Assembly (NCBI GenBank): GCA_022844165.1
Contig: JALHMH010000003.1
Coordinates: forward strand, 1 to 64,000
Length of the DNA: 64,000 bases
Source of the DNA: Lysobacterales bacterium
GTDB taxonomy: Bacteria > Pseudomonadota > Gammaproteobacteria > Xanthomonadales > SZUA-5
Direction: 5' to 3'
The notes beneath the pieces are model-generated. The model saw only the letters and a list, made by a program, of their open reading frames with translations. It did not search any database and was not told where the DNA came from. The position numbers and the translations under genes were made by a program. Positions 25,335 to 34,032 of the stretch are shown here, one piece after another; within the stretch, counting starts at the first letter, position 1, and each line of letters starts with the position of its first letter.

Positions 25335-28079
25335 TCAGTGGCTGGACAGCGCGTTGCGCCGGGCAATCCAACCCGGGTCGCGATCGGGCAGGGGCGATTC
25401 GAACTGCGCGATGACCGATCGTCGTGCCGCCTCATCGCCGCGCGCCTGGGCGACTTCGGCGTAGAGCGTCCGGTAGCGACTTGCGTCGACGACGCCCAGC
25501 TCGGGTACCCAGGGCTGCAAAGCGAGCAGCGCCTGCCATGCACCCTCGTGGTCATTGAACTGATGGAGCGCATCGGCACGCAACAATTGCCCGTTACGCC
25601 CGGCGGCGCTGTCCGGCCCGAGCTCACGGATGCCACGATCGAAGGCCGCCAGCGCCTCATTCCGGTCGCCGCGGCGGGTCGCGATTTCGCCCAGCACGAG
25701 AAACGGTCGCCCCACTTCCACGCCGTGGTCGCCGAACATCGCAATCGCATCGTCGCGAGCCCGTTCCGCGTGGCGTGCAGCCGACTGCAAATCGCCGCGA
25801 TCGAGTGCGATGCGCGCCAGCGCGATCTGCGTTCTTGCACAGTACGGGTGGCTGAAGTTCGGCATCGCGCAATTACTCGCGGCGCGTTCCGCCAAGGTCC
25901 GTGCTGCCTCGAAATCGCGCGCTGCATGATGCGCGGCCGACAGTTGCAATCGGGCGATCACCAATCCGGGATGCGGATCGGTAAACAGCGCTTCGCGCAT
26001 CGTTAGCGACGCTTGCGCATGCTCGATCGCCGACTTGTCGTCGCGCTGTCTGGAGGCCAGCATGCTCAGCGCCGAGTGCGAGTGGGCAATGCGATCGTCG
26101 GGTGCGGAGAAGATCTGTCGCCGCAGATCCAGCGACTGTTGCAGGGCTCGTTCCGCCTCCTCATATCGGCCGAGTCCCATCAGCGCATAGCCGTATTGCA
26201 CGAGGTCATTGCCGAAATGCGCATTGGGCGGCAGCTTCAGCAACGCCCGACGCCGGATCAGCGGCGTCAGCAGCGCTTCCGACGCTGCCCACTGCTGGCG
26301 GGACCCATAGTAGTTCGCGACGTCGGCGTGGGCTTCGATCGCCTTCAGGCTGTCGACGCCATCCAGCTGTTCGAAGTGTTTGGCCGCGAGTTGCAGCAGC
26401 CGCAGCGTTTCGTCGAAGTTGCCTTGCTCCCATTCGATGAAGGCCAGGGTTTGCAAGGCATCCCCGCTATGCGGCTGCGGACCCTTCTCCAGCGCCGGCA
26501 GCCAGACGCGCAGCTGTTCGGCCCCGGCGTCAGCCTGGTTGTTTGCCAACAACCGCTGCGCCTCCAGCGTGGCATGCCGCAATCGATCCTCGTCCGCGAG
26601 CAAGGGCTTGGCGGTGTCCAGCGCCCGCTGCGCGTCTGCGAGCGCTCGTTGCGAAAGATGGATGTTGGCCAGCGTCAGGAGAATATCGGCACGCAATGCC
26701 GGCGCTAACAATGGGTCGGCGAGCACGCGCTTTTCTGCCATCGCCGCCAGCACGTCGGGCGTCGGTTTCTGGTTTGCCGGCAGGTCGGCACTCGAGGTCT
26801 CGAGAATATCGATCAGCACATCGCGAACGGTGCTCGCACGCTGCGCCTGTGCGCGCGCTGCCGTCGCCTCCGATGTGGCGCGAGCGCTTTGCTCGATGGC
26901 CAGCGCCAGGCTCAGCAGCGTGGCCAACGCCAGCGTGGCGGTGACCGCGCTGGCCGCCCGATGCCGCGCAACAAACTTGCGAAAGCGATACCAGCGCGAC
27001 GGCGGATGCGCGACCACGGCTTCGCCGCGCAGATAGCGTTCGATGTCGTCGGCGAAGGCGGCCGCGCCGTCGTAGCGCGCCGTCGGTTCCGGGGCCAGGG
27101 CGCGAGCCAGGATGTTGTCGAGATCGCCGCGCAGCGCTCGCGCCAGCGCTGCTGGCGGCGCCGGCAGCCGGCCGGATTGGAAGTCGCTTTCCGGCCGCGT
27201 CGTGGCGCTGGCCGATGGACGCTCGCTCAAACCATTGAGGTCCGGGCGATGGCCGAGCAGCAGCTCGTGCAGCAACACACCGAGCGAATACACGTCGGCA
27301 TAGGTCGTCACCGGCTCGCCGCGACGTTGCTCCGGCGCCGCGTAGACCAGGGTCATCAGGGCCTGTCCGGTTTGGGTCGCGGCGTTGCTGTCGTCCAACA
27401 ATTTGGCGATGCCGAAATCGAGCAACTTGACCTCACCCGACGCGCTCACCAGCACATTGGCCGGTTTGATGTCGCGATGCACGATCAATGCGGCGTGCGC
27501 GGCGGCCACCGCGCGACACGCGCAGGCGAACAGGATCAAGCGCTCGCGGAGCGGAACGGCCCGACGTTCGCAATGCGCCGTGATCGCGATGCCATCGACA
27601 TGCTCCATCACCAGATACGGAACGCCATCGCTGACGCCGCCATCGATCAGACGGGAGATGTTCGGGTGGTTCAGGCTCGCCAGGATTTGCCGCTCGCGGC
27701 GAAACAACGTTCGCTGTTGCGCGGTCTGCAGACCGCGATGCAGAAACTTGATCGCCACCTGCTGCTCGAAGTCTTTGTCGCTGCGTTCGGCCAGATAGAC
27801 CGAGCCCATGCCGCCGGAACCCAACGGACGCAATAGTCGATAGCCGCCGATCTCATGGCCGATTGGCTCATCCTCGGTGTCTTCGTCGAGCGCCAGCAAC
27901 CACTCGCCGATCGGCACGTCCAGCATGCCGCTGCGTTCGCTGGCGGCAATCAAGCGTTCCAGGTCGCCGCGCAAGGCAGCATCGAGCGATTGTGCTGCCA
28001 GCCACGAGGTTCGCTCGCTTTGCGCGACGGCGCGGTAGCGATCGAACCAAAGGCGCAGCGCATCGGTCGTGGTGGTCAT
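25335..28079 (-). CDS. Ser/Thr protein kinase with TM segment and TPR repeats
   Basis: LGSGGMGSVY, VAIK, HRDIKPANV, LLDFGIAK, YAAPEQ. Confidence 0.95.
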   Translation of the reverse strand: MTTTTDALRLWFDRYRAVAQSERTSWLAAQSLDAALRGDLERLIAASERSGMLDVPIGEWLLALDEDTEDEPIGHEIGGYRLLRPLGSGGMGSVYLAERSDKDFEQQVAIKFLHRGLQTAQQRTLFRRERQILASLNHPNISRLIDGGVSDGVPYLVMEHVDGIAITAHCERRAVPLRERLILFACACRAVAAAHAALIVHRDIKPANVLVSASGEVKLLDFGIAKLLDDSNAATQTGQALMTLVYAAPEQRRGEPVTTYADVYSLGVLLHELLLGHRPDLNGLSERPSASATTRPESDFQSGRLPAPPAALARALRGDLDNILARALAPEPTARYDGAAAFADDIERYLRGEAVVAHPPSRWYRFRKFVARHRAASAVTATLALATLLSLALAIEQSARATSEATAARAQAQRASTVRDVLIDILETSSADLPANQKPTPDVLAAMAEKRVLADPLLAPALRADILLTLANIHLSQRALADAQRALDTAKPLLADEDRLRHATLEAQRLLANNQADAGAEQLRVWLPALEKGPQPHSGDALQTLAFIEWEQGNFDETLRLLQLAAKHFEQLDGVDSLKAIEAHADVANYYGSRQQWAASEALLTPLIRRRALLKLPPNAHFGNDLVQYGYALMGLGRYEEAERALQQSLDLRRQIFSAPDDRIAHSHSALSMLASRQRDDKSAIEHAQASLTMREALFTDPHPGLVIARLQLSAAHHAARDFEAARTLAERAASNCAMPNFSHPYCARTQIALARIALDRGDLQSAARHAERARDDAIAMFGDHGVEVGRPFLVLGEIATRRGDRNEALAAFDRGIRELGPDSAAGRNGQLLRADALHQFNDHEGAWQALLALQPWVPELGVVDASRYRTLYAEVAQARGDEAARRSVIAQFESPLPDRDPGWIARRNALSSH

Positions 28080-28585
28080 AGCTGCATCTGCAAATAGGCA
28101 CGCGCGAATTGCCAGTCGCGATCGACGGTGCGCCGCGAGATGCCCAGCAGGTCTGCCGTACGCGAGAGGTCCTGGCCCGCGAAGTAGTGCAGCTCGAACA
28201 CTTGTGCGGCGCGTGGATCGGCCGCGGCCAGCGCTTGCAAGGCGCTATCGAGTTCGAGCATGCGGCGCGGATCGGCCACGAATTCGCCCTCGGCGAGCGC
28301 ATCGAAATCCACGCGATGCAAGTCGCCGCCGTGGCGCAGGCGCTCGCGCGAACGCGCGCGATCGATGAGCAGATGGCGAATGGCGCGTGCCGCGTAAGCA
28401 TAGAACTGGCGAGGGTGTTCGAAGTTCAACTCGCCACCTTCGACCATCGCCAGATACAGTTCGTGCACCACACCCGTGGTGTTGAGCGTGTGCTCCGACG
28501 CGCGGCGTTTGCGCCGCGCGATCAGCTTCAGTTCGGCATACAGACGCGCGAACCGGGTATCGACAGACTGCTCGGTTTCGGTCAT
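28076..28585 (-). CDS. ECF sigma factor of the kinase-associated type
   Basis: LYAELKLIAR, TLNTTGVVHELYL, ELHYFAG, ISRRTVDRDWQFARAYL; overlaps the kinase start. Confidence 0.9.
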   Translation of the reverse strand: MTETEQSVDTRFARLYAELKLIARRKRRASEHTLNTTGVVHELYLAMVEGGELNFEHPRQFYAYAARAIRHLLIDRARSRERLRHGGDLHRVDFDALAEGEFVADPRRMLELDSALQALAAADPRAAQVFELHYFAGQDLSRTADLLGISRRTVDRDWQFARAYLQMQL

Positions 28586-28747
28586 CGAAGACGGCCGCCA
28601 CAGGAGTGCATCAGGATGCACGCAAGCGGGCGGATTGTGCCAGCGATGCCTCGCGCAGGACCGAGCCTCCGTACCGTGCAAGCTGGTGCGCGGATACCCC
28701 AGCAAGACGATGCGGACCGCGCCGGAACTTGCGGTTTGCGCATTCGC

Positions 28748-30847
28748 CTATTCGAAACCGTTGGACAACAGCACGTCGTCGATCAACTTGGATTCGTAAG
28801 CACCCGCGTCGAAGTTGCCGAATCCCAACACGATGGATGGATTGGGCAGCCCGCGCGGCGTCAGATCCAGATCGAGCGCCATGCCAGTGCCGGTCGGTCC
28901 GTCGCAATAGTCGATCTGCGGGCCGTTCGGCGCTGGGCGGAAATCGCCATTGGCGGCGTCGACGAAGGCGGCGGGCAGCGAGGTCAGGCGCGTTTGATTC
29001 GGCAAGTCGCCGATCCGGCGCACCAGCGAACAATCGGCGCTGACCAACATCGGGTCGCCGGTACCGACGTCGAGTAGTTTGAAATCCGTGTCGTCCAGGA
29101 TCGAGCTGCGAATCTGCACGGTGCTGAGGACAGCGGGGCGGCTGACCAGCGCATCACCGTTGACGACCCGCGCATTGATCGAATTACGTGCGCTGGTGAC
29201 GTACGTGATTGTGGCGCCAGCAGCCAGATGCAGGATCGACCCCGTCTCGCCATCGGCGAGGTTCTCCGCGATCACGGCATGCCGCAGCGTCAACGCATTG
29301 CAGCCCACAAACAACGCGGCGCCGTCGGCGCGGTCGTTGGCGCCCGGTGGCACGACGAGCGCAAGCGCCCGATTGCCGGAGATGGACACATGCTCGATCA
29401 GGCAGGCCGAGCCGGCCAAGGCAAAGATGCCGCCACCGCGCGCGTCAGTCCCAGTAAACGAGCTCGATCCCGTCGAACCAGTGTTGTCGACGCGGTTGTC
29501 GTCGATTTGATTGCACGGTTCGTTATCCGGGCAGCTTGGGTGTAAGCCGACCAGTAATTCCGCGCCTTGGAACGGATCGTTCAAGTAGATGCCTGCACCA
29601 CCGTCGCTTACGCATGTGCCCGTACCGATCGAATCGTTGCCGCTGACCACGGCGCCGCGAAGTTGGATTCGGGCAGACCCGTTACCATAAATGCCCGCGC
29701 CCCCATTGCAGGCGCGGTTGAAAACAAAGCGCGGGCCCAGCGCTGCGGGCACATTCAATAGAAGCGGCCCGTCAGGGTCGATGCGTGTCGATTGCAGAAT
29801 TGCGGTGTCGGTCACCGAAGCCCCGCCACCGCGCTGCGCTTGATTGGAGGCGACCAGACTTGCGCCCGATACCGAGAGCGAACAAGCCTGCGCAGCGCGC
29901 ATCCCACCGCCTTCCAACGTTGCCGTATTGCCCTGCACCTGAGAGTCGATCAGCTTGACCTGACTGGGCGTCAGGGTGGTCGCACCACCACAATAAATTC
30001 CGCCACCATACTGTGCAGCCGTGTTATTCGAGATGAAGGTGCCAAGGCGTGTGGTCAAGCTCGAGCCGAGCATTGCGAAGGCGCCGCCCGAACGCAGGGC
30101 TGTGTTGCCGACGATCGACACACTTGAGCCACCGTAAAGATTGACGATACAGCCATTCACCGCGGTGATCGCACCCCCATCGCGGTTCGCTCGGTTGTTG
30201 CGCCATGTGCTGGTCTGGCTGGTGTTGCCGGGCACACCCTGGATCACGCGACCGCCGTCGCAGAAGATTCCACCACCGTCGAAACCAGCCGTGTTGCCGT
30301 CGATCAATGCTCGATTGCCCAACAGCAGCGTAGCGCTCGTCAAGTGGATGGCGCCGCCATGGCTGCCGGCGCTGTTCGCAAAAACACTGACGTCGGGGCC
30401 AAACTCGACGACCGTCGCTGAGCCCCGCGCTTCGATGGCGCCGCCCAGGCCGTCCGTGTTGTCCCGGCCGCCGGTCAGACCGACCCGTTCGAGATACAGC
30501 CGTGGGCCCACGATGAACTGCACGACGCGAAAAATGGAGCCGTCGAAGCCGCTACCGTTGATCTGCGATGAGTTGGTCGGTGTGCTTGCTGCGCAGTTCG
30601 TGAAACCGCCCACGATCCGCAACTGGCCCGACACCTGCATAGGTTCGGTTGCATGCGTGCCCGTCCGGACCTTGATGATGTCTTCGCCAGCGCCATTGCT
30701 TTCGCTGGCTCGAACAGCGTCATGCACCGTGGCGTGGGTACGCAACGGGTCGCCGCTCGAATCGCTGACACAAAACGTGGCGGCAAATGCTAGTGAGGGA
30801 AGGGCGGTTGCAACCAAAGCAACCCACAGCAATCGAAAACTCGACAT
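28748..30847 (-). CDS. Secreted beta-helix protein (Pmp-like GGAI repeats), C-terminal LLSNGFE
   Basis: Signal peptide; repeated N.A..GG(A/G)I; DAGAYE. Confidence 0.85.
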   Translation of the reverse strand: MSSFRLLWVALVATALPSLAFAATFCVSDSSGDPLRTHATVHDAVRASESNGAGEDIIKVRTGTHATEPMQVSGQLRIVGGFTNCAASTPTNSSQINGSGFDGSIFRVVQFIVGPRLYLERVGLTGGRDNTDGLGGAIEARGSATVVEFGPDVSVFANSAGSHGGAIHLTSATLLLGNRALIDGNTAGFDGGGIFCDGGRVIQGVPGNTSQTSTWRNNRANRDGGAITAVNGCIVNLYGGSSVSIVGNTALRSGGAFAMLGSSLTTRLGTFISNNTAAQYGGGIYCGGATTLTPSQVKLIDSQVQGNTATLEGGGMRAAQACSLSVSGASLVASNQAQRGGGASVTDTAILQSTRIDPDGPLLLNVPAALGPRFVFNRACNGGAGIYGNGSARIQLRGAVVSGNDSIGTGTCVSDGGAGIYLNDPFQGAELLVGLHPSCPDNEPCNQIDDNRVDNTGSTGSSSFTGTDARGGGIFALAGSACLIEHVSISGNRALALVVPPGANDRADGAALFVGCNALTLRHAVIAENLADGETGSILHLAAGATITYVTSARNSINARVVNGDALVSRPAVLSTVQIRSSILDDTDFKLLDVGTGDPMLVSADCSLVRRIGDLPNQTRLTSLPAAFVDAANGDFRPAPNGPQIDYCDGPTGTGMALDLDLTPRGLPNPSIVLGFGNFDAGAYESKLIDDVLLSNGFE

Positions 30848-31061
30848 AGCGTTCTCCTGGACGATATGTCTTCACTAGCGATTTTTTTCAGCGAAATGCG
30901 CCAAGCCAATTTGCAGCGTCTGTCGATCCCCAGCGTTCGGCTTTGAGCCGCAGGTGTCGTGGCGCATCCGACTGCCAAACAACGCCTGTGGTCGAAGAAG
31001 CCGATCGCTTCCGCGGTCCGGATGGTCCGCGTTCGCCGTTCTCTACCCGAAGGAAGAAGTC

Positions 31062-31364
31062 ATGAAACGAACCCAGGTGTGCTTTGTGTTGCTGGCGTTG
31101 TTGAGTTCCGCCCCGGCCTTTGCGCTACCCAGCCAACGAGAAATCCGCGAAGCCATTTGCCGGATGGGATGTGTCCTCTACTATGGCGACTGCCTGATTC
31201 GAGACCCGCGTGATCCGGACGTGATTCCGCTCAAAGATCCGTATTGCGAAGAACGGCGTGCCGACTGCCTGAGCTCTTGCAGTAACGGCAGTATCGCCAC
31301 CGCGCCGGCGCTCCGGCTGCCGACAACATCGTCGGCGCCAGCCTTGGTTTGCAGCGTGCCGTAA
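31062..31364 (+). CDS. Small secreted Cys-rich protein
   Basis: MKRTQVCFVLLALLSSAPAFA signal; CxxxC motifs. Confidence 0.6.
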   Translation: MKRTQVCFVLLALLSSAPAFALPSQREIREAICRMGCVLYYGDCLIRDPRDPDVIPLKDPYCEERRADCLSSCSNGSIATAPALRLPTTSSAPALVCSVP

Positions 31365-31499
31365 AGATCCCCGCCGCACGACCGCAGCGGGTTGGGCCCC
31401 TGCGGTTGTGCGGGCAACAGCACAAGCTGGCCAGGGACGGGCTGACGTTGTTGCCAATGTTGGCGTCGGCAGGCTGTGGACGAGCGAGTGTTAGGTGAC

Positions 31500-31560
31500 A
31501 GCATCAGGACACCCACAGCTTCAGGACACCCACCCCGCCGGAGAGCTTCAGGACACCCAC
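31500..31560. repeat. Orphan element-end motif, three copies
   Basis: AGC(A/T)TCAGGACACCCAC three times; motifs at 31507, 31524 and 31551. Confidence 0.92.
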
Positions 31561-31579
31561 CGCCCCAGCGAACGCCTTT

Positions 31580-32038
31580 TCACCCCGAACAGGTTGAATA
31601 CGCAAAGTCGATGCGCATCTCTTTGCCGTCTTCGCCGGGCCCGGCGATGCTGGCTTTAAGCTGGTTGCCTTCGCGCCGGTATTCGATGTGCTGCGGGAAG
31701 TCGTGCGCGGGATTGCTAAAGCGCATCCAGCTCTCGCCGCTATCGCTACGCGCGAATGCGGTGGGCGCAGCGCCGCCGGGCTGGGCGATGTAGGTGGGCA
31801 CGCCGTTGGCGCTCTCGATACGCAGGAACTCAAATTGCGTGGCGCGTCTGCTGGCGACGGTGCGGTTCACGCCGAGCATCAAGCCGCCAGCGGCTGGGAG
31901 CCAAAGCTCTTCGCCGGATTCGCCATCGGAGGAATTGCACCAGTGGCCGGCGAGCCAATCGGGCAACGCGGCATCGGCGGCATGGGCGGAAGTGGCGCTG
32001 GCGAGCAGTAACGGAGCGACGATCAGCAACTGGCGCAT
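31580..32038 (-). CDS. Secreted protein (DUF6265-like)
   Basis: WLAGHW, EELW, FEFLRI, FSNPAHDFPQHIEY. Confidence 0.8.
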   Translation of the reverse strand: MRQLLIVAPLLLASATSAHAADAALPDWLAGHWCNSSDGESGEELWLPAAGGLMLGVNRTVASRRATQFEFLRIESANGVPTYIAQPGGAAPTAFARSDSGESWMRFSNPAHDFPQHIEYRREGNQLKASIAGPGEDGKEMRIDFAYSTCSG

Positions 32039-32129
32039 ATGAGTCTCCTCGATTGACGGGCGCGCAGTTTGTGTGCAGCGTGGCGTGGCTGGATTGAACA
32101 AATGCGCAAACGACAGAGGGAACATCGGC

Positions 32130-33010
32130 GTGAACTATGTTGAAGTCCCGCCGCCCGATGGTCTGCGGCGCCAGGTGCAATGTGTGTGGCGACTGACCGC
32201 TGCGAACGCAGCGATGCCAGTCCAGACCGTTTATCCGGATGGCCGTTGCGAATTGATTGTGCACCTCGGTCAGCCGATGAGTCGCTACCGACTCGATGAG
32301 GGCTGGCGCGTGCAGTCGCATTGTTTGTTCGCAGCGCAAATGCGTTCGGCCATACGTTTGGCGGCCAACGGCGCGGTCGACTGTTTGGGCGTGCGCCTCA
32401 CACCTGTCGCCAGTCGCGCGCTGCTGGAGGACGCGTTGCCAACGCTTGCCGACGAGATCATCGACCTGACGCAGACTCAGCCCACATTCGCGCAATCCTT
32501 GATCGCCGCCTGTCGGGCGTACGCGATCGACAGCAACGCCACGCACCTATGGCAGTGCATCGAAGCCTTAGTCGTGCACATTGAGTTGGACGATCAGATC
32601 GAGCAGATCGTCGCGGCCATCGATGCCGCCAGTGGCGACATCGCCATAGCCGAACTGGCAAAGGCCGGGCGGATGAGCTTGCGCAGCCTGCAGGCGCGTT
32701 TTCTGCGCAGCGTGGGGCTCACGGCGAAAGAGTACGCACGCGTGCAGCGTTTGCAGGCCACGATTCGCCAACTCGACGGGCAGGCGCCATCGTTGGCACA
32801 AATGGCGGCAGACGCTGGATTCGCCGACCAGGCGCACGCGACTCGCGAAGTGGTTCGTCTCACAGGGCTGACGCCGGGCAAGCTGCGCCGCGCGCTGCAA
32901 GCCGAGCGCGACGGCGACGCAACGCGCGCATGGCCGCTGCGTTTGTGCGCGGGCATGCGCGCCAGGCGACTGCGGAAAACGCGCTTTCTGGCAGCGCAGT
33001 TCAGTCCTGA
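32130..33010 (+). CDS. AraC-family regulator with a probable 1-nt frameshift near the C-terminus
   Basis: VYPDGRCELI, GFADQAHATRE. The alternative frame from 32930 gives MAAAFVRG...* at 33010. Confidence 0.75.
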
Positions 33011-33109
33011 TAATCCGGCACGAATGGTCGGCAATCAGCCCGATAGTGCGGGCGCCGTGAATAGCGCCCCTACGCTCGCCGAGTCCTGCAGGGGCACTCT
33101 TGCGGTCCG

Positions 33110-33871
33110 TCAGTTCGCCACACTCGCTGCTGCGGCACTCAACTCCGCTGGCGTTTTCTGTTCGCTCGAATGCACCTTGGCATCGATCAGCTCGGGCTGC
33201 AGCGGATTGCGCCACGGCGCATCGACGCTATCGCGATAGACGCGCGTGCGCAGCGTCAGCGTGGCCTGGCGCAGCGACTGGCTGGGCCAGTCGATATGCG
33301 GCGCGTCAACCAGATAATTGAAGGACACGGAGGTTGCATTGTGCCATTCGAAGTTGGGCGGCTCGGCCATGCGGAAATTCTGCGGCAAACCGCCCAGGCC
33401 AGCGGGCATGTAGTTGAGCTTCGCACTCTGCAGAATCTCTAGCAAATCGTCGCTGTCGGGATCGGGGATGCCTTCGTAGGTGTTCCAGGTCACGAGGTCG
33501 CGTTGGTAGCGCCAGCCGTTGCCGTCGAAAACCCACAGACTCAAGCCGCCAACTTCCAGTGTTGCGTCGTCGAAACCTTCGATGTTTGCCGGCCGTTTCA
33601 CGATGTAGCCGCGCTGGTAGTACCAGGTCAAGTCGCGACCGGACCAGACGATCTCGCCCGCGCCATCGCTGAGTTCGATCGAGTCCGCCCCGTTGATGCG
33701 GCCGCGCATTTCGCTGAGCACCGTAGCGTCGTCAGGAATGCCGGTGGTGCTTGGAGCGGGCGGGGCGTTGGGGTCGGCGGCCGATTGCACTGAGACCTCG
33801 TTGCCGCAGGCGACACAAGCGAGCACCAGTGATGTGATCAGCGCGATTCGGGTGGGCGATTTTCTGTGCAT
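33110..33871 (-). CDS. Putative lipoprotein
   Basis: Lipobox-like LACVAC after a basic/hydrophobic leader. Confidence 0.72.
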   Translation of the reverse strand: MHRKSPTRIALITSLVLACVACGNEVSVQSAADPNAPPAPSTTGIPDDATVLSEMRGRINGADSIELSDGAGEIVWSGRDLTWYYQRGYIVKRPANIEGFDDATLEVGGLSLWVFDGNGWRYQRDLVTWNTYEGIPDPDSDDLLEILQSAKLNYMPAGLGGLPQNFRMAEPPNFEWHNATSVSFNYLVDAPHIDWPSQSLRQATLTLRTRVYRDSVDAPWRNPLQPELIDAKVHSSEQKTPAELSAAAASVAN

Positions 33872-34032
33872 GGTCCGGCTCCTTCGTCAATCGATCTAAA
33901 AGGCTGTTGAAGAACGCGCTTCCTGCGCATTTCTCAAGTTTCGAGTCCGAGGCAGCTACGGATTCGCTCATCGCAGATAAGCCACTTGCGCGCTCGATCC
34001 GAGTGCGAACCGTCCTTGGTTCGCAAATGCGC

